A DNA stretch of 64,000 nt from Eledone cirrhosa (Eukaryota). The notes beneath the pieces are model-generated. The model was given only the letters and a program-made list of their open reading frames with translations. It had not been told where the DNA came from and made no database searches. The stretch covers positions 408,828,001-408,892,000 of the forward strand of contig OZ024741.1 in assembly GCA_964016885.1 (NCBI GenBank). The letters are read 5' to 3'. Numbering within the stretch: the stretch's first letter is position 1; each line of letters opens with the position of its first letter. Of the stretch, positions 14,401 through 26,689 are shown piece by piece. The position numbers and the translations under genes are program-made.

Positions 14401-15650
14401 TGTGTACCTATTTTAAAAGGAAGAATGTAGCTATTTTAAAAGGAAGACTGTACCTATTTTAAAAGGAAGACTGTACCTATTTTAAAAGGAAGACTGCGTA
14501 CCTATTTTAAAAGGGAGACTGTACCTATTTAAAAACGAACACTGTGCCTATTTTAAAAGGAAGACTGTGTACCTATTTTAAAAGGGAGACTATGTACCTA
14601 TTTTAAATGGAAGACTGTGTACCTATTTTAAAAGGAAGATTTACCTATTTTAAAAGGAAGACTGTACCTATTTAAAAAAAAAGACTGTGTACCTATTTTA
14701 AAAGGAAGACCGTGTACATATTTTAAAAGGAAGACTGTACCTATTTTAAAAAAGAGACTGTGTGCCTATTTTAAAAGGGAGACCGTGTACCTATTTTAAA
14801 AGGGAGACTGTACATATTTTAAAAGGAAGACTGTGTACCTATTTTAAAAGGGAGAATGTGTACCTATTTTAAAAGAAAGACTGTACGTCTTTGAAAAGTG
14901 AGACTGTGTAACTATTTAAAAAAAAGACTGTATCTATTTTAAAAGGAAGACTGTACCTATTTAAAAAAAAAGATTTTGTACCTATTTTAAAAGGAAGACT
15001 GTAGCTATTTTAAAAGGAAGACTGTGTACCTATTTTAAAAGGGAGACTGTACCTATTTTAAAAGGAAAACTGTACCTATTTTAAAAGGAAGATTGTGTAC
15101 CTATTTTAAAAGGAAGACTGTGTACCTATTTTAAAAGGAAGACAGTACCTATTTTAAAAGGAAGACTGTGTACCTATTTTAAAAGGAAGACTATGTACCT
15201 ATTTTAAAAGGAAGACTGTACCTATTTTAAAAGGAAGACTGTACCTATTTTAAAAGGAAGACTGTACCTATTTCAAAAAAGAGACTGTGTACCTATTTTA
15301 AAAGGAAGACTGTACCTATTTTAAAAGGGAGACTGTGTTCCTATTTTAAAAGGAAGACCGTACCTATGTTAAAAGGGAGACTGTGTACCTATTTTAAAAG
15401 GAAGACTGTACCTATTTTAAAAGGGAGACAGTGTACCTATTTTAAAAGGAAGACTGTGTACCTATTTTAAAAGGAAGACTGTACCTATTTTAAAAGGAAG
15501 ACTACCTATTTTAAAATAAGACTGTGTACCTATTTTAAAAGGAAGACTGTACCTATTTTAAAAGGGAGACTGTACATATTTTCAAAGGGAGACTGTACCT
15601 ATTTTAAAAGGAAGACTGTGTACCTATTTTAAAAGGAAGACTGTGTACCT
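11480..15650 (+). repeat. Partial tandem duplication, period about 2.5 kb
   Basis: TTTAATAGG 11501/14028, CTATTGTAAA 11641/14168 and GATTTACC 12111/14638 recur at +2527. CGTCTTTGAAAAGTGAG 12384/14886 recurs at +2502 after loss of one 25-mer. Confidence 0.8.
12700..13610 (+). repeat. Tandem duplication, period 450 bp (about 19 monomers)
   Basis: Text from 12721 repeats from 13171. CAAAGGGAGA occurs at 13081/13531, and GTGTTCC, GACCGTACCTATG, GACAGTG and the 21-mer all recur at +450. Confidence 0.9.
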
Positions 15651-16299
15651 ATTTTAAAAGGGAGAGTGTACCTATTTTAAAAGGGAGACTATGTACCTAT
15701 TTTAAAAGGAAGACTGTACCTATTTTAAAAGGAAGACTGTGTACCTATTTTAAAAGGAAGATTGTACCTATTTTAAAAGGTAGACTTACCTATTTTAAAA
15801 GGAAGACTGTGTACCTATTTTAAAAGGAAGACTGTACCTATTTTAAAAGGGAGACTGTGTACCTATTTTAAAAGGAAGAATGTAGCTATTTTAAAAGGAA
15901 GACTGTACCTATTTTAAAAGGAAGACTGTACCTATTTTAATAGGAAGACTGCGTACCTATTTTAAAAGGGAGACTGTACCTATTTAAAAAAGAACACTGT
16001 ACCTATTTTAAAAGGAGGACTGTGTACCTATTTTAAATGGAAGACGGTGTACCTATTTTAAAAGGAAGATTGTACCTATTTTAAAAGGAAGACTGTACCT
16101 ATTTTAAAAAAAAGACTGTGTACCTATTTTAAAAGGAAGACCGTGTACATATTTTAAAAGGAAGACTGTACCTATTTTAAAAAAGAGACTGTGTGCCTAT
16201 TTTAAAAGGGAGACCGTGTACCTATTTTAAAAGGGAGACTGTACATATTTTAAAAGGAAGACTGTGTACCTATTTTAAAAGGAAGACTGTGTACCTATT

Positions 16300-19200
16300 T
16301 TAAAAGGAAGACTGTACCTATTTTAAAAGGAAGACTACCTATTTTAAAATAAGACTGTGTACCTATTTTAAAAGGAAGACTGTACCTATTTTAAAAGGGA
16401 GACTGTACCTATTTTAAAAGGGAGACTGTACCTATTTTAAAAGGAAGACTGTGTTTCCTATTTTAAAAGAAAGACTGTGTACCAATTTTAAAAGGGAGAC
16501 TGTACCTATTTTAAAAGGAAGACTGTAGCTATTTTAAAAGGAAGACTGTGTACCTATTTTAAAAGTGAGACTGTACCTATTTTAAAAGGAAAACTGTACC
16601 TATTTTAAAAGGAAGATTGTGTACCTATTTTAAAAGGAAGACTGTGTACCTATTTTAAAAGGAAGACTGTACCTATTTTAAAAGGAAGACTGTGTACCTA
16701 TTTTAAAAGGGAGATTATGTACCTATTTTAAAAGGAAGACTGTACCTATTTTAAAAGGAAGACTGTGTACCTATCTTAAAAGGAAGATTGTACCTATTTT
16801 AAAAGGAAGACTGTACCTATTTTAAAAGGAAGACTGTACCTATTTTAAAAAAGAGACTGTGTACCTATTTTAAAAGGAAGACTGTACCTATTTTAAAAGG
16901 GAGACTGTGTTCCTATTTTAAAAGGAAGACCGTACCTATGTTAAAAGGGAGACTGTGTACCTATTTTAAAAGGAAGACTGTACCTAATTTAAAAGGGAGA
17001 CAGTGTACCTATTTTAAAAGGAAGACTGTGTACCTATTTTAAAAGGAAGACTGTACCTATTTTAAAAGGAAGACTGTACCTATTTTAAAAGGAAGACTGC
17101 GTACCTATTTTAAAAGGAAGACTGTACCTATTTTAAAAGGAAGACTGTGTACCTATTTTAAAAGGAAGATCGTACCTATTTTAAAAGGAAGACTGTACCT
17201 ATTTAAAAAAAAAGACTGTGTACCTATTTTAAAAGGAAGACTGTGTACATATTTTAAAAGGAAGACTGTACCTATTTTAAAAAAGAGACTGTGTGCCTAT
17301 TTTAAAAGGGAGACCGTGTACCTATTTTAAAAGGGAGACTGTACATATTTTAAAAGGAAGACTGTGTACCTAATTTAAAAGGAAGACTGTGTACCTATTT
17401 TAAAAGGGAGAATGTGTACCTATTTTAAAAGGGAGACTGTGTACCTATTTTAAAAGAAAGACTGTACGTCTTTGAAAAGCGAGACTGTGTACCTATTTTA
17501 AAAAAAAGACTGTATCTATTTTAAAAGGAAGACTGTACCTATTTAAAAAAAGGATTGTGTACCTATTTTAAAAGGAAGACTGTACCTATTTTAAAAGGAA
17601 GACTGTACCTATTTTAAAAGGAAGACTGTGTACCTATTTTAAAAGGAAGACTGTGTAACTATTTTAAAAGGGAGACTGTACCTATTTTAAAAGGAAGTCT
17701 ACCTATTTTAAAATAAGACTGTGTACCTATTTTAAAAGGAAGACTGTACCTATTTTAAAAGGGAGACTGTACCTATTTTAAAAGGGAGACTGTACCTATT
17801 TTAAAAGGAAGACTGTGTTTCCTATTTTAAAAGAAAGACTGTGTACCAATTTTAAAAGGGAGACTGTACCTATTTTAAAAGGAAGACTGTAGCTATTTTA
17901 AAAGGAAGACTGTGTACCTATTTTAAAAGGGAGACTGTACCTATTTTAAAAGGAAAACTGTACCTATTTTAAAAGGAAGATTGTGTACCTATTTTAAAAG
18001 GAAGACTGTGTACCTATTTTAAAAGGAAGACTGTACCTATTTTAAAAGGAAGACTGTGTACCTATTTTAAAAGGGAGACTATGTACCTATTTTAAAAGGA
18101 AGACTGTACCTATTTTAAAAGGAAGACTGTGTACCCATCTTAAAAGGAAGATTGTACCTATTTTAAAAGGAAGACTGTACCTATTTTAAAAGGAAGACTG
18201 TACCTATTTTAAAAAAGAGACTGTGTACCTATTTTAAAAGGAAGACTGTACCTATTTTAAAAGGGAGACTGTGTTCCTATTTTAAAAGGAAGACCGTACC
18301 TATGTTAAAAGGGAGACTGTTTACCTATTTTAAAAGGAAGACTGTACCTATTTTAAAAGGGAGACAGTGTACCTATTTTAAAAGGAAGACTGTGTACCTA
18401 TTTTAAAAGGAAGACTGTACCTATTTTAAAAGGAAGACTACCTATTTTAAAATAAGACTGTGTACCTATTTTAAAAGGAAGACTGTACCTATTTTAAAAG
18501 GGAGACTGTACATATTTTCAAAGGGAGACTGTACCTATTTTAAAAGGAAGACTGTGTACCTATTTTAAAAGGAAGACTGTGTACCTATTTTAAAAGGGAG
18601 ACTGTACCTATTTTAAAAGGAAGACTGTACCCATTTTAAAAGGAAGACTGTGTACCTATTTTAAAAGGGAGACTGTACCTATTTTAAAAGGAAGACTGTG
18701 TACCTATTTTAAAAAGAAGACTGTACCTATTTTAAAAGGAAGATTGTGTACCTATTTTAAAAGGGAGACTATGTACCTATTTTAAAAGGAAGACTGTACC
18801 TATTTTAAAAGGAAGACTGTGTACCTATTTTAAAAGGAAGATTGTACCTATTTTAAAAGGAAGACTGTACCTATTTTAAAAGGAAGACTGTGTACCTATT
18901 TTAAAAGGAAGACTGTACCTATTTTAAAAGGGAGACTGTGTACCTATTTTAAAAGGAAGACTGTACCTATTTTAAAAGGGAGACTGTACCTATTTTAAAA
19001 GGGAGACTGTACCTATTTTAAAAGGAAGACTGTGTTTCCTATTTTAAAAGAAAGACTGTGTACCAATTTTAAAAGGGAGACTGTACCTATTTTAAAAGGA
19101 AGACTGTAGCTATTTTAAAAGGAAGACTGTGTACCTATTTTAAAAGGGAGACTGTACCTATTTTAAAAGGAAAACTGTACCTATTTTAAAAGGAAGATTG

Positions 19201-22200
19201 TGTACCTATTTTAAAAGGAAGACTGTGTACCTATTTTAAAAGGAAGACTGTACCTATTTTAAAAGGAAGACTGTGTACCTATTTTAAAAGGGAGACTATG
19301 TACCTATTTTAAAAGGAAGACTGTACCTATTTTAAAAGGAAGACTGTGTACCTATTTTAAAAGGATGATTGTACCTATTTTAAAAGGAAGACTGTACCTA
19401 TTAAAAAACAAAGACTGTGTACCTATTTTAAAAGGAAGACCGTGTACATATTTTAAAAGGAAGAATGTAGCTATTTTAAAAGGAAGACTGTACCTATTTT
19501 AAAAGGAAGACTGTACCTATTTTAAAAGGAAGACTGCGTACCTATTTTAAAAGGGAGACTGTACCTATTTAAAAACGAACACTGTACCTATTTTAAAAGG
19601 AAGACTGTGTACCTATTTTAAAAGGGAGACTGTACCTATTTTAAAAGGGAGACTGTACCTATTTTAAAAGGGAGACTGTACCTATTTTAAAAGGAAGACT
19701 GTGTTTCCTATTTTAAAAGAAAGACTGTGTACCAATTTTAAAAGGGAGACTGTACCTATTTTAAAAGGAAGACTGTAGCTATTTTAAAAGGAAGACTGTG
19801 TACCTATTTTAAAAGGGAGACTGTACCTATTTTAAAAGGAAAACTGTACCTATTTTAAAAGGAAGATTGTGTACCTATTTTAAAAGGAAGACTGTGTACC
19901 TATTTTAAAAGGAAGACTGTACCTATTTTAAAAGGAAGACTGTGTACCTATTTTAAAAGGGAGATTATGTACCTATTTTAAAAGGAAGACTGTACCTATT
20001 TTAAAAGGAAGACTGTGTACCTATCTTAAAAGGAAGATTGTACCTATTTTAAAAGGAAGACTGTACCTATTTTAAAAGGAAGACTGTACCTATTTTAAAA
20101 AAGAGACTGTGTACCTATTTTAAAAGGAAGACTGTACCTATTTTAAAAGGGAGACTGTGTTCCTATTTTAAAAGGAAGACCGTACCTATGTTAAAAGGGA
20201 GACTGTGTACCTATTTTAAAAGGAAGACTGTACCTAATTTAAAAGGGAGACAGTGTACCTATTTTAAAAGGAAGACTGTGTACCTATTTTAAAAGGAAGA
20301 CTGCACCTATTTTAAAAGGAAGACTGTACCTATTTTAAAAGGAAGACTGCGTACCTATTTTAAAAGGAAGACTGTACCTATTTTAAAAGGAAGACTGTGT
20401 ACCTATTTTAAAAGGAAGATTGTACCTATTTTAAAAGGAAGACTGTACCTATTTAAAAAAAAAGACTGTGTACCTATTTTAAAAGGAAGACTGTGTACAT
20501 ATTTTAAAAGGAAGACTGTACCTATTTTAAAAAAGAGACTGTGTGCCTATTTTAAAAGGGAGACCGTGTACCTATTTTAAAAGGGAGACTGTACATATTT
20601 TAAAAGGAAGACTGTGTACCTATTTTATAAGGAAGAATGTACCTATTTTAAAGGGGAGACTGTGTACCTATTTTAAAAGGAAGACTGTGTACCTAATTTA
20701 AAAGGAAGACTGTGTACCTATTTTAAAAGGGAGAATGTGTACCTATTTTAAAAGGGAGACTGTGTACCTATTTTAAAAGAAAGACTGTACGTCTTTGAAA
20801 AGCGAGACTGTGTACCTATTTTAAAAAAAAGACTGTATCTATTTTAAAAGGAAGACTGTACCTATTTAAAAAAAGGATTGTGTACCTATTTTAAAAGGAA
20901 GACTGTACCTATTTTAAAAGGAAGACTGTACCTATTTTAAAAGGAAGACTGTGTACCTATTTTAAAAGGAAGACTGTGTACCTATTTTAAAAGGGAGACT
21001 GTACCTATTTTAAAAGGAAGACTGTACCTATTTTAAAAGGAAGACTGTGTACCTATTTTAAAAGCGAGACTGTACTTATATTAAAAGGAACACTGTACCT
21101 ATTTTAAAAGGAAGATTGTGTACCTATTTTAAAAGGAAGTCTGTGTACCTATTTTAAAAGGAAGACTGTACCTATTTTAAAAGGAAGTCTACCTATTTTA
21201 AAATAAGACTGTGTACCTATTTTAAAAGGAAGTCTGTACCTATTTTAAAAGGGAGACTGTACCTATTTTAAAAGGGAGACTGTACCTATTTTAAAAGGAA
21301 GACTGTGTTTCCTATTTTAAAAGAAAGACTGTGTACCAATTTTAAAAGGGAGACTGTACCTATTTTAAAAGGAAGACTGTAGCTATTTTAAAAGGAAGAC
21401 TGTGTACCTATTTTAAAAGGGAGACTGTACCTATTTTAAAAGGAAAACTGTACCTATTTTAAAAGGAAGATTGTGTACCTATTTTAAAAGGAAGACTGTG
21501 TACCTATTTTAAAAGGAAGACTGTACCTATTTTAAAAGGAAGACTGTGTACCTATTTTAAAAGGGAGACTATGTACCTATTTTAAAAGGAAGACTGTACC
21601 TATTTTAAAAGGAAGACTGTGTACCTATCTTAAAAGGAAGATTGTACCTATTTTAAAAGGAAGACTGTACCTATTTTAAAAGGAAGACTGTACCTATTTT
21701 AAAAAAGAGACTGTGTACCTATTTTAAAAGGAAGACTGTACCTATTTTAAAAGGGAGACTGTGTTCCTATTTTAAAAGGAAGACCGTACCTATGTTAAAA
21801 GGGAGACTGTGTACCTATTTTAAAAGGAAGACTGTACCTATTTTAAAAGGGAGACAGTGTACCTATTTTAAAAGGAAGACTGTGTACCTATTTTAAAAGG
21901 AAGACTGTACCTATTTTAAAAGGAAGACTACCTATTTTAAAATAAGACTGTGTACCTATTTTAAAAGGAAGACTGTACCTATTTTAAAAGGGAGACTGTA
22001 CATATTTTCAAAGGGAGACTGTACCTATTTTAAAAGGAAGACTGTGTACCTATTTTAAAAGGAAGACTGTGTACCTATTTTAAAAGGGAGACTGTACCTA
22101 TTTTAAAAGGAAGACTGTACCCATTTTAAAAGGAAGACTGTGTACCTATTTTAAAAGGGAGACTGTACCTATTTTAAAAGGAAGACTGTGTACCTATTTT

Positions 22201-22400
22201 AAAAAGAAGACTGTACCTATTTTAAAAGGAAGATTGTGTACCTATTTTAAAAGGGAGACTATGTACCTATTTTAAAAGGAAGACTGTACCTATTTTAAAA
22301 GGAAGACTGTGTACCTATTTTAAAAGAAAGATTGTACCTATTTTAAAAGGAAGACTGTACCTATTTTAAAAGGAAGACTGTGTACCTATTTTAAAAGGAA
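16300..22400 (+). repeat. Duplicated block with internal indels, offset about 3.25-3.5 kb
   Basis: GAGATTATGT 16711/19961 (+3250), GACTGTGTACAT about 17240/20490, CGTCTTTG 17467/20790 (+3323), AAAAAGAAGA 18711/22201 (+3490). Confidence 0.7.
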
Positions 22401-25400
22401 GACTGTACCTATCTTAAAAGGGAGACTGTGTACCTATTTTAAAAGGAAGAATGTAGCTATTTTAAAAGGAAGACTGTACCTATTTTAAAAGGAAGACTGT
22501 ACCTATTTTAAAAGGAAGACTGCGTACCTATTTTAAAAGGGAGACTGTACCTATTTAAAAACAAACACTGTACCTATTTTAAAAGGAAGACTGTGTACCT
22601 ATTTTAAAAGGGAGACTATGTACCTATTTTAAATGGAAGACTGTGTACCTATTTTAAAAGGAAGATTGTACCTATTTTAAAAGGAAGACTGTACCTATTT
22701 AAAAAAAAAGACTGTGTACCTATTTTAAAAGGAAGACCGTGTACATATTTTAAAAGGAAGACTGTACCTATTTTAAAAAAGAGACTGTGTGCCTATTTTA
22801 AAAGGGAGACCGTGTACCTATTTTAAAAGGGAGACTGTACATATTTTAAAAGGAAGACTGTGTACCTATTTTATAAGGAAGAAGGTACCTATTTTAAAAG
22901 GGAGACTGTGTACCTATTTTAAAAGGAAGACTGTGTACCTAATTTAAAAGGAAGACTGTGTACCTATTTTAAAAGGGAGAATGTGTACCTATTTTAAAAG
23001 GGAGACTGTGTACCTATTTTAAAAGAAAGACTGTACGTCTTTGAAAAGCGAGACTGTGTACCTATTTAAAAAAAAAGACTGTATCTATTTTAAAAGGAAG
23101 ACTGTACCTATTTAAAAAAAAGAATTTTGTACCTATTTTAAAAGGAAGACTGTACCTATTTTAAAAGGAAGACTGTACCTATTTTAAAAGGAAGACTGTG
23201 TACCTATTTTAAAAGGAAGACTGTGTACCTATTTTAAAAGGGAGACTGTACCTATTTTAAAAGGAAGACTGTACCTATTTTAAAAGGAAGACTGTGTACC
23301 TATTTTAAAAGCGAGACTGTACTTATTTTAAAAGGAACACTGTACCTTTTTTAAAAGGAAGATTGTGTACCTATTTTAAAAGGAAGACTGTACCTATTTT
23401 AAAAGGAAGACTGTGTACCTATTTTAAAAGGGAGACTATGTACCTATTTTAAAAGGAAGACTGTACCTATTTTAAAAGGAAGACTGTGTACCTATTTTAA
23501 AAGGAAGATTGTACCTATTTTAAAAGGAAAACTGTACCTATTTTAAAAGGAAGACTGTGTACCTATTTTAAAAGGAAGACTGTACCTATTTTAAAAGGGA
23601 GACTGTGTACCTATTTTAAAACAAAGAATGTACCTATTTTAAAAGGAAGACTGTACCTATTTTAAAAGGAAGACTGTACCTATTTTAAAAGGAAGACTGC
23701 GTACCTATTTTAAAAGGGAGACTGTACCTATTTAAAAAGGAACACTGTACCTATTTTAAAAGGAAGACTGTGTACCTATTTTAAAAGGGAGACTATGTAC
23801 CTATTTTAAAAGGAAGACTGTACCTATTTTAAAAGGAAGACTGTGTACCTATTTTTAAAGGAAGATTGTACCTATTTTAAAAGGAAGACTGTGTACCTAT
23901 TTTAAAAGGGAGACTGTACCTATTTTAAAAGGAAGACTGTGTACCTATTTTAAAAGGGAGAATGTGTACCTATTTTAAAAGGGAGACTGTGTACCTATTT
24001 TAAAAGAAAGACTGTACGTCTTTGAAAAGCGAGACTGTGTACCTATTTAAAAAAAAAGACTGTACCTATTTAAAAAAAGGATTGTGTACCTATTTTAAAA
24101 GGAAGACTGTACCTATTTTAAAAGGAAGACTGTACCTATTTTAAAAGGAAGACTGTGTACCTATTTTAAAAGGAAGACTGTGTACCTATTTTAAAAGGGA
24201 GACTGTACCTATTTTAAAAGGAAGACTGTACCTATTTTAAAAGGAAGACTGTGTACCTATTTTAAAAGCGAGACTGTACTTATATTAAAAGGAACACTGT
24301 ACCTATTTTAAAAGGAAGATTGTGTACCTATTTTAAAAGGAAGACTGTGTACCTATTTTAAAAGGAAGACTGTACCTATTTTAAAAGGAAGACAACCTAT
24401 TTTAAAATAAGTCTGTGTACCTATTTTAAAAGGAAGACTGTACCTATTTTAAAAGGGAGACTGTACCTATTTTAAAAGGGAGACTGTACCTATTTTAAAA
24501 GAAAGACTGTGTTTCCTATTTTAAAAGAAAGACTGTGTACCAATTTTAAAAGGGAGACTGTACCTATTTTAAAAGGAAGACTGTAGCTATTTTAAAAGGA
24601 AGACTGTGTACCTATTTTAAAAGGGAGACTGTACCTATTTTAAAAGGAAAACTGTACCTATTTTAAAAGGAAGATTGTGTACCTATTTTAAAAGGAAGAC
24701 TGTGTACTTATTTTAAAAGGAAGACTGTACCTATTTTAAAAGGAAGACTGTGTACCTATTTTAAAAGGGAGACTATGTACCTATTTTAAAAGGAAGACTG
24801 TACCTATTTTAAAAGGAAGACTGTACCTATTTTAAAAGGAAGACTGTACCTATTTTAAAAAAGAGACTGTGTACCTATTTTAAAAGGAAGACTGTACCTA
24901 TTTTAAAAGGGAGACTGTGTTCCTATTTTAAAAGGAAGACCGTACCTATGTTAAAAGGGAGACTGTGTACCTATTTTAAAAGGAAGACTGTACCTATTTT
25001 AAAAGGGAGACAGTGTACCTATTTTAAAAGGAAGACTGTGTACCTATTTTAAAAGGAAGACTGTACCTATTTTAAAAGGAAGACTAGCTATTTTAAAATA
25101 AGACTGTGTACCTATTTTAAAAGGAAGACTGTACCTATTTTAAAAGGGAGACTGTACATATTTTCAAAGGGAGACTGTACCTATTTTAAAAGGAAGACTG
25201 TGTTCCTATTTTAATAGGAAGACTGTGTACCTATTTTAAAAGGGAGACTGTACCTATTTTAAAAGTAAGACTGTACCCATTTTAAAAGGAAGACTGTGTA
25301 CCTATTTTAAAAGGGAGACTGTACCTATTTTAAAAGGAAGACTGTGTACCTATTGTAAAAGGAAGACTGTACCTATTTTAAAAGGAAGACTGTGTACCTA

Positions 25401-26689
25401 TTTTAAAAGGGAGACTATGTACCTATTTTAAAAGGAAGACTGTACCTATTTTAAAAGGAAGACTGTGTACGTATTTTAAAAGGAAGATTGTACCTATTTT
25501 GAAAGGAAGACTGTACCTATTTTAAAAGGAAGACTGTGTACCTATTTTAAAAGGAAGACTGTACCTATTTTAAAAGGGAGACTGTGTACCTATTTTAAAA
25601 GGGAGACTATGTACCTATTTTAAATGGAAGACTGTGTACCTATTTTAAAAGGAAGATTTACCTATTTTAAAAGGAAGACTGTACCTATTTAAAAAAAAAG
25701 ACTGTGTACCTATTTTAAAAGGAAGAATGTGTACATATTTTAAAAGGAAGACTGTACCTATTTTAAAAAAGAGACTGTGTGCCTATTTTAAAAGGGAGAC
25801 CGTGTACCTATTTTAAAAGGGAGACTGTACATATTTTAAAAGGAAGACTGTGTACCTATTTTAAAAGGGAGAATGTGTACCTATTTTAAAAGGGAGACTG
25901 TGTACCTATTTTAAAAGAAAGACTGTACGTCTTTGAAAAGTGAGACTGTGTAACTATTTAAAAAAAAGACTGTATCTATTTTAAAAGGAAGACTGTACCT
26001 ATTTTTAAAAAAAGATTTTGTACCTATTTTAAAAGGAAGACTGTAGCTATTTTAAAAGGAAGACTGTGTACCTATTTTAAAAGGGAGACTGTACCTATTT
26101 TAAAAGGAAAACTGTACCTATTTTAAAAGGAAGATTGTGTACCTATTTTAAAAGGAAGACTGTGTACCTATTTTAAAAGGAAGACTGTACCTATTTTAAA
26201 AGGAAGACTGTGTACCTATTTTAAAAGGGAGACTATGTACCTATTTTAAAAGGAAGACTGTACCTATTTTAAAAGGAAGACTGTACCTATTTTAAAAGGA
26301 AGACTGTACCTATTTTAAAAAAGAGACTGTGTACCTATTTTAAAAGGAAGACTGTACCTATTTTAAAAGGGAGACTGTGTTCCTATTTTAAAAGGAAGAC
26401 CGTACCTATGTTAAAAGGGAGACTGTGTACCTATTTTAAAAGGAAGACTGTACCTATTTTAAAAGGGAGACAGTGTACCTATTTTAAAAGGAAGACTGTG
26501 TACCTATTTTAAAAGGAAGACTGTACCTATTTTAAAAGGAAGGCTACCTATTTTAAAATAAGACTGTGTACCTATTTTAAAAGGAAGACTGTACCTATTT
26601 TAAAAGGGAGACTGTACCTATTTTAAAAGTAAGACTGTACCCATTTTAAAAGGAAGACTGTGTACCTATTTTAAAAGGGAGACTGTACC

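Larger units (their letters stand above)
5400..26600 (+). repeat. Older diverged segmental duplication: about 5400-13000 matches about 18950-26600 (offset about 13.1-13.7 kb)
   Basis: Offset 13205: GAAGTCTGTG 7935/21140, GAAGGTACC 9679/22884, CGTCTTTG 9831/23036, CCTTTTTT 10140/23345. Offset about 13.7 kb: GACAACC 10706/24391, GACTAGCTA 11374/25082, CTATTGTAAA 11641/25350. Offset 13544: CGTCTTTGAAAAGTGAG 12384/25928. Confidence 0.8.
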
